DNA of 60,682 bases, filler included, from Fonticula-like sp. SCN 57-25 (Eukaryota), in assembly GCA_001724245.1 (NCBI GenBank). It is 4 parts of 4 records of this genome, joined end to end, with 100 filler letters (N's around TTAATTAATTAA, not from the genome) between each part and the next. Parts side by side here need not be neighbours in the genome. Positions count along the whole stretch, not along the records: positions 30,418 to 45,500 come from MEDX01000144.1; positions 45,601 to 60,682 come from MEDX01000145.1; 2 more parts are not named here. One strand, written 5' to 3'. Position 1 is the stretch's first letter, and each line of letters starts with the position of its first letter. A model generated the notes under the pieces. That model saw only the letters and a program-made list of their open reading frames with translations, ran no database searches and was not told the DNA's origin. The position numbers and the translations under genes were made by a program. Shown here in pieces: positions 35,599 to 46,599 of the stretch.

Positions 35599-36551
35599 AC
35601 GGGCGCAGCGGTTTGTCGACGCTGCGCACTACGTGGGCTAGCGACAGGGTGCGGGGCGCGGCGAGGTACAATACTATTAAGTGGGGCGCACGACGGCCGC
35701 GAGCGACGACAGGGGATCGGTCAGGCGAAACGCAGATAGAGACAGACGCACAAAGGAGAAGAGAATGGAATAGAAGGAGCGTCAAAGGGCTAGGCAAGAG
35801 ACGCGCGACAGAGGCAGAGTCTCAATCCTTCGTGACACGTCGACAATCGACAGGCACGTCCGATGGCGTGTGCACACTAGGCAAACAAGCGGTTCAAACG
35901 ACCGGGGTGACACGAATTGCATCCCCCAATTCTGACTTTTGATTGGATGAAAAATCAAATGAAACGCCCCTATTGGTGGATATACACGTGATGGGCTGTT
36001 TTTCCCTCTTATTTACTAAAAGAACCTTTCCTCGCTGAATACTTGGAGAAAGAGGACGAAAGATGTATTACAGTATAATACATGTAGAGACCGCATTGAA
36101 AACGTTTTTAGACTATTAAAAATGTCAAAATTGAGAATTTTGAAAGGAATCGTTCTTTGAAACAGCTCGTACGCTTCATTGAGATGTGTCCTGGTACATT
36201 TACGTGATTTACACATTTTCAATCGAGACTCGAATTTCCCTCGACATTTGCTCGCGATTGAGTCGATCAAGTATGTACGATATATATACGGTAAGATGCG
36301 TCTATTCGAGGTCTATTATGTGGCACACTTTCATTTTCCCATCAAGCCAACTCGGCCGCACATGAACCAAAACGTCTTTGCCCTTTTGGACTCGTCTTTG
36401 CGACCTCTACTGGACACTATTCCGACACAACACAGTATGGAAACTGAACTATTAACTCTATGAGTATATTGTGTAGCGTGCAACTAACCATGTAAAATAA
36501 AGTATTACTAAAAATGCAACAAAAAAATTCCGAAATGCGCTCCAAAACCTC

Positions 36552-38910
36552 TCACGTCAGCGACAAGAGCCACGCTACAACACACATTAGCATCACATTT
36601 CCTCACGCGGCATTTCGCGGCGCACCTTCATAGTCGAGTCGCCCCGTCGGGTCGAGCAGCAAGTCAATCTTGAGCGTATCAAACTCGTCCTTTGAAAGGC
36701 CGTTTCCGTCGCCGAACCACGCCGACACGCGCTTGAGGTCGCTGAGGCGGATGGTGCCGGTGCCAGAGGGGTCCAGCTAGCGGAAGGCGGCGCGGAGAGG
36801 TTTTTCGCCGCTTTGGGGGCTCGAGCGAAGCATCGCTTCAAAGTCGCTGAACGACACTTCGCCTGCAAGAACGCGTAAGTAAGGGAATCAAAGGCAAAAC
36901 AAAACGTATGTATCTTCATGTGTAAATCCAATATTTCATGCTGAATATGCATCCAAATATCAACAAAACCATACATGTATCAACAATGAATGTACACTTT
37001 ATCATACCAAATATCATGTATACACTTGGCTTTCCACAAAAATATACATGTATCTACATCTGAATACCCATGTTTCATACCAATTACCATCTACACCCTC
37101 ATATTACACCATCTATTCCCCATCCCAATATCATTATTAGTAACGCACCCATGATGTTGCGCGCCTTGAGCTCCACCACCAAATCGCGATCCGTCCACGT
37201 GGACCCAAGCCCCCTCAGCAGCGCCTTGAGCGCCTCGCACGTGATCGTCCCAAGGCCCTTTGGGTCCAGCAGCGAAAACGCCTTCTTCAAATCCACTATT
37301 GTCCACGTGGTCAGAAAACAATCATCCACGTGGCGCTCGTACCGGTTGTCTTTTGCGTGGTGGTCGGCACGACGGGGCGCAGCGTGGCGGACGGCGGCCG
37401 CGACGTCCCCGACGGCTTGAGCTTGGGCCGCTCCTCTTCTTCCTCTTCCTTTGCCTCTTTTGTTTCAATGTCAGTGCGCGGCGTGGCGGGCGCCGAAGCG
37501 GCCGACGTCGGCTCTGTCGGCGCGTCATCGTTGCTCTCGTCGTCCGCCTTGCTCACGACAACGACAACTTCGGCTTCCTTGGCGGCGGCGTCGGCGGCTT
37601 CGGCGGCGGCGGCGAGCGCCATCGCGGCGGCCACGGCGGCGGCCTTGGCGGCGCGGTCGTCGTCGGCGGACTTTTCCTCAGCGGCGGCGGCGGCGGCGGC
37701 GGACTCGAGCGCGGCCTTTGTCGCGGCTTCGGCGTCGGCGTCGGCCTTTTCGGGTTCGGCGGGCTTGTCGGCGGGGGGGGCGTGGTTCTGGATGAAGGGG
37801 TGCTCGAGGAGCTGCGCGGCGGTCCAGCGGTCGGCGGGGTTCTTGATAAAGGTCTTGTTCAAAAAGTCGACAAGGTCCTGTGGACGCGATGAGTCAATGT
37901 GGGAAATGCGGGGATAAATATACAACAAAGACATGAATATACACGTATTTTTGATGCAAAACATAAATAAAAAACAAAATAAGACCACAAAAACAAAATA
38001 TGACGTACCTCGGAAGCGCCTTCTGGGTACGGCGGGTGATCGTCCTCGACGATCTTGAAGAGTGCAGTCATCGACCGCTGATCGTGGTACGGCGGCTTGC
38101 CTACAAGACACACACGTTAGCGCGCTTCAACACAAAATAAGCGCGGCGTACCGGTGAGAAGCTCAATGACGGTGCACCCGAGCGACCAAATGTCGGACGC
38201 GATCGTCGCGCCCTCCAGCTGGATGACCTCTGGCGACATCCAAAAGGGCGTCCCGACCACGTCCTGGTTAAACTGCTCCTCGCCGCGGACCGACCGCGAA
38301 ACGCCAAAGTCAGCAAGCTTGATTGTGCCGCTCCTGCGTCGGCGGCGTCGCCAGTGAGAACGCAGAGATCACACACAAGGAGTTGCGCACCTCGTCTTTA
38401 GAATATTGGCGCACTTGATGTCGCAGTGGATCACGTTGCGGGCGTGCAAGTACGCGAGACCCTCGAGCAGCTGGCGCGTGTACTTGCTCGTCGTGGGTTC
38501 GGAGACGGTCGCGTTGTTTTTGAAGAGGCGGGTAAGAGCGCCGTCGTCAACAAACCTGCGACGACCGCCGGTTAGCACGCGGGATAACCATGTATAGTGC
38601 GTACTCGAGAACAATGTTCAGGTGATCGCGCGTCTTGATATATTCGATGTATTTAACAATGTTCTTGTGGGAAAAGTCCTTGAGCAGGTCAATTTCCTTC
38701 TATTCTCACAGAATCACATGGTTAACAACGGGATCGGAGGCATGCGCAACCACGCACCATCACGTTGTCGATCTCGTGGGCCTCCTCGAGCGCAATCTGC
38801 TTGATAGCCACGACCTCGCCATCGGCAAGATTGAGTCCCTTGTAGACAATGCCAAAGGCTCCCTTGCCAAGGCACGCGCCCAGCTGATAACCGCCGATAA
38901 TCACTGGCAT
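36552..38910 (-). CDS. STE-group Cdc15/SepA/MAP3K-epsilon-like kinase fused to a calmodulin-like EF-hand domain; in-frame TAG at 36777-36779
   Basis: Kinase: [59 protein letters not shown]. After an Ala/Glu linker, introns 37296-37342, 36863-37148 and 36575-36625 splice in frame to [16 protein letters not shown]...GEVSFSDF...[15 protein letters not shown]...GRLDYEAWL. Confidence 0.85.
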
Positions 38911-39215
38911 TCGCGCGTGGGGACGAGCGGGCTGCGCTTGCTGCTTCGCTTCAACAAAACAGACCGATGCAGCGATTTGATTGGCTGGCGGTGACCTGTC
39001 ACAGGACTGTGGTCAATTGGAGCATTGTGATTGGATGATGGGGATACAGTGCATGGTTCGGGGAACAAAGCAGCACATCTGTAGCATTTTGATACAGATT
39101 TTGAGCTCGATGTGTCGATAGCGGCCGACAGACGCACATGAAAAAAAGGCAAAAGTAGTGTTTGCATATTAAAAATCACATTTATTATTATTGTACAGAT
39201 GCATCGCAAAGTGGT

Positions 39216-40070
39216 TTATTCTTGGTCACCCTCACCCTCTTGATCTACGTCCTCTTCCTGGGACATGACACTATTCGGCGCGTGCCGCCGCGGTCAGCAA
39301 CAACAATAAAAAGAGTGCAAAGAAAAGTACCTCATGAATGATACTTCTTCCATGGCTCGGAGCAAAAACGGCCGAATGTCGTTCAGTTCGAGCGCGCCCA
39401 TGTTTGTCAGCTGTCAAACCAAGAGTGAACAACTAGCCCGCAAAGTAGAGCATCATGCGCACATCGACGGCCTTGGTTTCCAGCAGCAGCGTACCAACGC
39501 CCTTGCGGACTTTCATATGCCGAAGCTCGCGCAGATCTTCTAGCAGCGCGCGAACCTGGTTCGGCTGGCGCACATCATTCTCGGCGCTGCTCGATCACGC
39601 TTAGCACTAGGCGCATCCCCGATAGAGCGCGTACCAGTCAAGAATTAAATGCGCCATCTCCATGAAATGGTACGGCATCGCAACAAACTCGCCGGAAACC
39701 GTGCGCTCGCGGTCCACTTGCTTGGCGAGGAAATCTACGCGACATCAGTAAGATCTTCAATGATCGTAGTAATGTGCAGAGGCGCACCAACATCGAGAAA
39801 GGCTGGCGGATGTATCCGGCACTTTTGCTTCTTTTTCAATGTGACAGCGAGCCACAGCGGCACGACTGTCGATCGCGGGGGCTGGAACGGCCCGTACGTC
39901 CCCTTCGCGCGCGCATGTCAGAATCAAACGATACAGCCGATGGCCAAACCGCATACCGAGATAAAATGAAGCTCATCCATAGAAAAGTTTGGCGTAATTG
40001 TTACGAGTTCATACTCGGCGAGGAATTCCACCTCGCCGTGCGTCAAGTATGGCGATGCGGCCGCCGCCAT
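39216..40070 (-). CDS. GINS2: GINS complex subunit 2 (Psf2)
   Basis: [55 protein letters not shown]; multiple short introns. Confidence 0.93.
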
Positions 40071-40083
40071 CGTCGATTTCGGG

Positions 40084-40096
40084 TTTCGCGCGCAAA
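40084..40096. promoter_or_regulatory. E2F-like site at GINS2
   Basis: TTTCGCGCGCAAA, 14 bp upstream of the GINS2 ATG. Confidence 0.55.
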
Positions 40097-40184
40097 TTAC
40101 AATGTTGACGACGGGGGGACGAAAAGCGACCACCCCGAATAGTTTGGGGCAGACTCTCCTTCCGCGCGCCTTTCTGTGTTGAGG

Positions 40185-42113
40185 ATGTCGGGGGGTGGCG
40201 ATGCTGCCGCGCAGTCGGGCGGCGGAGACGCCTCCGATACAAACCCCAAGCTCTTTGTCGGCGGGCTTCACACGGACATTGACACGAACCGGTTGAAAGA
40301 GATCTTTAGCGAATATGGCGACGTCGTGGAGTGTACGCATATATCTCAATCCCCTTGCCTCGGCTCACGCCCGTCCCTGACGTAGCGCGCGTGCTGTGGA
40401 ACCGCGAGACGAACCAGTCACGCGGCTTTGGTTTTGTTACCTTTGCCCATCCGGAGAGCGCCGCTCTCGCGCGCAGGACGCTCAATGGCAAGGTGTGTTT
40501 CCTCTTTATTCCATTTTCCCGCCCATTTTTCGTTTTCCCGCGCATGCTCATGCTGTGCCTCCCAGGATCTGTTGGGCAAGGAAGTGCGCGTCGACTATGC
40601 GGACAATCGCCCGAACCGCGTCCGCGAAGTCCCCGGGCTTCCGCAGCAAGGCTCGATGGGCGGGCATCAAGGGTATCGCGTCCCCTACGGCGTCCCCATG
40701 CCCGGCGGCGCGATGCCTCCCTTTGGGATGGGCGGCGTCCCCCCCGTGATCCAGCCCGGCATGTACTTTGACCCGTACTACGGCTGGACTGCGATGCCCA
40801 TGATGGCTTCCGACGCCGGATACGATTATTATGATAATAATGCTAGCTATGACAGTACTTCAATGCAATATGATTCCACATTTGCTCGTGACAGTCCGTC
40901 CGGCGGCGACAGTCCATCGTCGTCCGCGCCGCGCTCGTCGGCGTCTGCCTCCGCATTGGCGGACGACGACGGCGCAGTCTCGCGCATCCCAATCCCCGTC
41001 GTGCGGCCGTCCCAGGGCATCATCCGCGCCAGCAAACCTCAGCCGAGCAAGGCCCACGACACTGTCTCCGCAGAGGGCGCCAGTGCCGACACGAGGCGCG
41101 AGCGCAGCCCGAGCCGCGAAGGCGACGCGCGCGACAAGGAGCGCAGGAGGGAGCACGACAGCGGCAGGAGCAGAGATAGGGATCGTGATCGTGACAGGGA
41201 TCGTGACAGGGATCGTGACAGGGATCGTGACAGAGATCGCGACAGAGATCGTGACAGAGATCGTGACAGGGATCGTGACAGAGATCGCGACAGAGATCGT
41301 GACAGAGATCGTGACAAAGATCGCGACAGAGATCGTGAAAGGGACAAGGATAGGGAACGTGATAGGGAGAAGGATAGGGAGCGTGAAAAGGAGCGCGAAA
41401 AGGAGCGCGAAAAGGACCGTGAAAAGGATCGTGAAAAGGAGCGCGAAAAAGACAAGGATAGGGATCGTGAAAAGGATCGTGAAAAGGATCGTGAAAAGGA
41501 CAAGGAACGGGACCGTGAAAAGGACAAGGAGAGGGACCGCGAGAGGGACCGCGAGAGGGACAAGGACAGGGATCGTGATCGTGATCGTGATCGTGATCGT
41601 GATCGTGAGAGGAGTAGTCGCGACAGGGACCGTGAGCGCGACAGAGATCGTGAGCGCGAATACAGCCGCGACAAACGTGACAAGGACGACAAACGTGTCA
41701 AGGACGAGAAATATCACAAGGATGAACGTGTCAAGGACGAGAAATATCACAAGGATGACAAGCATCACAAGGACGAGAAATATCACAAGGATGACAAGCA
41801 TCACAAGGACGACAAGCATAACACGGTCGACAAGCATCACAAGGACGACAAGCGCAGTGATAGGCATGAGCGTAGTGATAGGCACGAGCGTAGTGATAGG
41901 CATGAGCGTAGTGATAGGCATGATCGCCATGATGAACGCAGTGAAAAGCATGAATCCCGGTCATCGTCCAGGTCTGATAAAAATGGGTCGTCATCAAAGC
42001 ACGGCGACGGCGAGCAAAAGTCAAAGAGCGGCGAGGCGCTGAAGCGGTCGAGCGGCAGCGTCTCTGAGGAGACAAGCAAGCGGCCGCGCACCGAAGAGGA
42101 CGCGGCTCGCTGA
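40185..42113 (+). CDS. RRM RNA-binding protein with long RD/RE mixed-charge tail
   Basis: RNP2 KLFVGGL and RNP1 RGFGFVTF; two introns; long RD/RE/KD dipeptide tract. Confidence 0.85.
41175..41940 (+). repeat. Coding low-complexity repeats (gatcgtgacagr; HKDDK; SDRHER)
   Basis: Tandem 6/12/18-bp units within the RRM gene. Confidence 0.9.
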
Positions 42114-42231
42114 GGATCCCGTCGAGATAAATCTGAATGTTTATTATGCATGTTTATTATGTACGCGAAATATAAAACTAAAACAGCAATGGTATGCCAT
42201 ACAACAAATACAGTAATACAACGGAAAGGCG

Positions 42232-42833
42232 CTAGTCCTCTTGCTTGACGCTGCCGTTCCGTGTGCGCTCGGCGATCTCTTCCGGGAACAGCGGCTCGAG
42301 CTCGGCCATGAGCGCGTTTTGCAGTTCCTAAAAATGCGGCGTGAGATGCCGGCATCGGCAGGCGGGATCATCGTACGGAAAACATGGTTATCTTGCCCGA
42401 CGTGAGCTGCGTCTGGCTCACGGTGCCCTCGAGGAACGACCGCGTGAACAGGTTTGGGTTGAGGCCTTGGTCAATGTGGCTGGATCCCTCATTAGCATGC
42501 CGAAGAATAGAGGGCGAGCAGGTAAAAGAAATAACGCACCTCAATACGTCAACGGGAATGACAATGTCAAGGTCGCGGCTCAGCTGCTCCAGCTCCTCAA
42601 GCGACTTTATCAATCCCTCGTTCCTATTTCGGCGGCAATCCGCGGTCAGCAATGAGATGCGCGGCAAAGGAGGCGCACAGTTTGCGATCCAGCTGGGGGC
42701 CGCTCCGCCCTTCCTGGTAGTCATACACGGTAAAGCAGAGCTGGTGCTGAATGCCGACGATCTCGGCGAGCTTTGCCTCGACCTTGCGACGCTTCTGCTC
42801 CAGCGCTGCGCGCCCGCCATCGGCATCCCCCAT
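42232..42833 (-). CDS. MED10: Mediator subunit 10
   Basis: TVYDYQ, IPVDVL|SHIDQGLNPNLFT...FLE, GKI; three introns. Confidence 0.88.
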
Positions 42834-43196
42834 GATATGGTGGATCTAACAATGAAATGTGGGGTTTTATTGCCATTGGGCATCGATGCAGGCACACTCG
42901 CTCTCAATGTCGGTGCGCTATAAACGTGTACATGGTCCATAAAAGCAGCATTTTTCTCTGTTTCTTTATCAGAAGGATGGCGCAAGTCCACTTTTTGCTC
43001 CACATATTGTCCTTTCCGTCTTAAGATCACAATGCATCTCATAAAAGACAGCCACAAACATAATATTATATGTCTTGCTATATTCAAAAGGGCACAGCTT
43101 GTGGAAATGAAATGGTTAATCGCATTTTCTCTTCTTGAAAATGGAATATTTTATCGCGTATTCTCTAGAACATGCCCTGCTGATGCCTCTCCCTCC

Positions 43197-44055
43197 TCAG
43201 TTCATCGTCGCCTGGCTAAACTGTAAGCGCCATCCGTTCAGTATTCGTCACAATTAACGCTCGGCAAAGCACGCACGTCCATCTCGGGATGCATTTTCTT
43301 AAAGTTTTCAAAGAGCTCCTGCTTCTTGAGCTCGTCGCTGGACGGCTTGCCCATCGCCTTTTGCCTCTGATCAAACTGTTTGGTCGGTCAGCATGCGCAG
43401 CAAGGGCATCGGCAGCATCAGCGAGGCGCACCATCATCTTTTCCACAAGGCCGCGCGTCTCGCCGTCGAGGTCCGAAAGGTTCGAGTTTTCAGGCTCGAT
43501 CTTTGACGTGTCGATCTCGGGATGCCCGGCGATGACGCACTTCCACCACTCCTGCACATTCACCTTTTGCAGCTCAATCTTGAGCTCGCCGTCGACTGAG
43601 CGCGCATAACAGACGCAATGAGCATAACAAATATATATCGCCTTTGAGCGTACCAATAGTCCACGTGCTGTCCTCAACCTTGACGTCATTGAAGAGATCG
43701 CCCTGCCATGGTGGTCAGCAAAAAGATTTTAAAAGGAGGAGACGGACAGAGATGATGGGCTCCTTGCCCTTGAGACCGGCAGTCAGCTTGCGGCGCTGGA
43801 TCTTGACGTCGCAGTCGCGGCCGCGCGCGCCCTTAGGAACCGCAAAGCTCACCGTGACATCGCCCAGCGTCTGCGACCACGAATACGGAAGGCCTTTCAT
43901 GAGGGTGAGCATGCTGCCATTGCGGTCAAAAAGAATAGCGTACTCGACTGCTCCTCCTTCTCAACGGCCTTGAGCTGAACGTCGTACGCCTTGCGCTCGT
44001 CGTCGCTGAGCTTGTCGTAATCGGCGCGGCTGAGCCGCACAAAGTCGCCCGACAT
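43197..44055 (-). CDS. NUDC: Nuclear distribution protein C (short, fungal-like N-terminus)
   Basis: [66 protein letters not shown]. Confidence 0.93.
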
Positions 44056-44434
44056 CGCTGCTTCGACACAAATCAGGGGCAGAATCTGGGGTGATTGATG
44101 AGAAGGGAGCAAAGACGAGCACTGTAGATAATTTTTGGTATGACCGTAGTAATATCAAGATAAATATCCATACTATACGGCATACTGTATGGATATGCTG
44201 TGAATATGATTTCGGTATCATTCGCGACATATGTAATATGATAACATTATCCTGTTTATTAAACCCAGCAAGTGGTTGTTTTGCACACACAGTGCTACAA
44301 GAGATATAACAAAAACAAACCAAGCACAGCAATCGGAATCGATGCTACATACGTGCCAACATCTCGGCAACAGCACGAGGAAATTAAATCTCTAGGAATT
44401 GATATAGAGACTAGATAAAAATAACAAAAAGGGC

Positions 44435-45500
44435 CTACTCGGCGAGGGCATTGATGCGCGCATTGACCAATGAAGCCGACGGGCGATCGGAAGTCTCGGC
44501 CACAAACACCTGGCGCATGATACTCGCGAGCTCAAAGCGGACGCTGTCCTTGGAATCGCCATTCACCTCAAGGAAATGGCCATGAGTCACGTGACTTCCA
44601 ATGTCTTCGTCGGTCATATTCTCCCACGGCATGCGGCGCTCGCACATCTCCCACAACAGCACGCCAAACGAGTACATGTCGCTTTCCATATCTTCTTCAA
44701 CAGGCCAGAACGTGTAACGATGGGCCACGTGGTCAAACACGAGAGGCGACGCGTAGCGCATGTCACGTGTCATCCTGAGCGTCGAGATGTCGTCCTCGGC
44801 GGAGCGCGATGCGTTAAAGCCGCTGATAATGGGGGTCAGGAACTTGGAGTCGCCCGACGGGGCCTGAAGCAGAATGTTGGACGACCGCAGGTCGCGATGG
44901 GCCACGTGGAGAGAGTGGAAAGCAACGAGGCCAGACGAAATGCCGGCGGCGAGGTGATGCAGCTGGGCAGACGACAGCGGCGATTGGTCGCCCTCGTTGT
45001 GCAGGAACGACGCCAGGTCAGTCTCGTAGCGGCGCGTAATGATGGCGCGCGGCTCGTCAGTGTACGCGACGAGGCTGATCACGTTCGGGTGGAACGACAG
45101 CGACCACATGAGCGCCACTTCCGTGTGGAAGCGCTCAGTGTTCACTTCTTCAGAGACGGCGGGGTTCGGGACATACTTTTTCACCACAACACTGCTCGTG
45201 CCAGTACGCTGCGAAAGCGTCACGTCGAGCAGCGTGGCGGCGAACGCGCGGCTGCCGGGGAGACGAGCGCCGGGGCGCACCGACGAGTTGTAGTCGGCGC
45301 GCAGGAAACCGGGAAGGGCAATCTCGAGCGCAGTGTTCACGACGGTTCGGTGAGCATCTTGCAGATGGATCGTCGTGCTGCTCGCGTGGCTCATGCTCGA
45401 GCGAGACTGCACGAGGGCCTTGTTGTACATCTGGAGCGACTCTAGCGATTCAACGCCGCCGTACTTTTCAAAGATCTTTTCCGAGCGCGTCTGGCGGCGT
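44435..45500 (-). CDS. Tyrosine-kinase-like (TKL) domain, probable pseudokinase; 5'-truncated
   Basis: FHTEVALMWSLSFHPNVISLV, HRDLRSSNILL, SDMYSFGVLLWE, RPSA; DFG replaced by GFN; frame open to the contig edge. Confidence 0.8.
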
Positions 45501-45600
45501 NNNNNNNNNNNNNNNNNNNNNNNNNNNNNNNNNNNNNNNNNNNNTTAATTAATTAANNNNNNNNNNNNNNNNNNNNNNNNNNNNNNNNNNNNNNNNNNNN
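45501..45600. other. Artificial contig linker
   Basis: N44-TTAATTAATTAA-N44. Confidence 0.97.
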
Positions 45601-45633
45601 CCTATTCAAAATCGCATGCGTAATCGCATGCAT

Positions 45634-45647
45634 TTTTGGCGCCAAAA
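45634..45647. promoter_or_regulatory. Palindromic E2F-like site at GINS1
   Basis: TTTTGGCGCCAAAA, ~36 bp upstream of ATG 45683. Confidence 0.6.
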
Positions 45648-45682
45648 GACCAGTGCTTGAATCGCACGGCGTCGCAGCGGCC

Positions 45683-46249
45683 ATGTATGTTGACGATGCG
45701 GTTCAGCTTCTTCGCGAGCTTCGCCGCGCGGCCGACGGCACGCTCCCTCCCTACAACGAGGAGCGCGTCCGCGCCGTCATTCGCGAGTGCATTTCTCTCT
45801 ATTCGCGCGGGCATTCGCTCCATGCCTCCGGGCAAGGGGATCGCGCCCTCCTCGTGACGCTCACGCTCTGCCTCAAGCGCAACAAGCGCTGCCTCGTGAC
45901 GTACCTCAAGCATCGCGCGGACCGCGTGCGCGCGCTCTGCTGGGCGGCGGGCGGCGCCTTTCCAAGCGCACCAGAGGTAAAGTCCAACATGAGCCGGGCC
46001 GAGATCGAGCTGGCAAGGAACTATGTGCGCGTCCTGGGCGAGTACCGTGCTGCGTACTTTGAGATCGATCTTACCGCCAACCCCATGCCGCCAAAGGAGC
46101 TCTTTATTCAGGTGCGCGCGCTGCAGGACTGCGGCGTGATCCAGACAGAGGGCGGCAGCATCAACATGGCCAAGAACAGCCAGCACTACGTGAGGAGGAG
46201 CGACGTCGAGCACCTCATAGGGCAAGGGTTCCTCCTCCATATCAAGTAA
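45683..46249 (+). CDS. GINS1: GINS complex subunit 1 (Psf1)
   Basis: LPPYNEE.VR.VI.E, LKRNKRCLVTYL..R, DLT...PPKELFIQVRALQDCG.IQTE.G, HYVRRSDVEHLI.QG. Confidence 0.95.
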   Translation: MYVDDAVQLLRELRRAADGTLPPYNEERVRAVIRECISLYSRGHSLHASGQGDRALLVTLTLCLKRNKRCLVTYLKHRADRVRALCWAAGGAFPSAPEVKSNMSRAEIELARNYVRVLGEYRAAYFEIDLTANPMPPKELFIQVRALQDCGVIQTEGGSINMAKNSQHYVRRSDVEHLIGQGFLLHIK

Positions 46250-46599
46250 ATGTATCATTATTGTTCGTGTATCACAAAGTATGCCCTTGTTAAATACAAT
46301 TTTTGCTCAGAAAAAGAAATGGGTATGTGGGATATGGGTACAGGTGCAATGTGCCTCTTTCAGTTTATGTCACTTGGCCTTTATGAACCACATTCTTCCC
46401 CTCTCTTCAATTATCACCTTCAACAGCTCTATTAATTATGAAGTAAGAGTGTATTGCATTCTTTGTACATAGAGGGCAGAGGAGGAGAGGTGAACCGAGC
46501 ATGGCGGGATCTCTAATGGCCCCGCCGCCCGGTCGTGCACCAAAAAGGAAAACAAGAAAAAAGAATAAAGGGATACCGGAACGCGAGCGCGCCCCTGTT

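Noticed and set aside
35950-36540. AT-rich gene-free gap with short ORFs
   Set aside because: No motifs, terminal repeats or codon bias; consistent with a 3' UTR plus promoter.
36777-36779. Reassigned genetic code (TAG as sense) or use of this TAG as a splice acceptor
   Set aside because: TAG terminates RRP7, RCL1, AHCY and MED10 at expected positions. Splicing the upstream phase-1 donor to this AG would shift the frame.
40831-42042. Alternative-frame and antisense ORFs (IVT/SRSL repeats) in the RD tract
   Set aside because: By-products of the stop-free dipeptide repeat.
39216-46249. Apparent clustering of GINS2 and GINS1
   Set aside because: They lie on different contigs separated by an artificial linker, so the proximity is coincidental.
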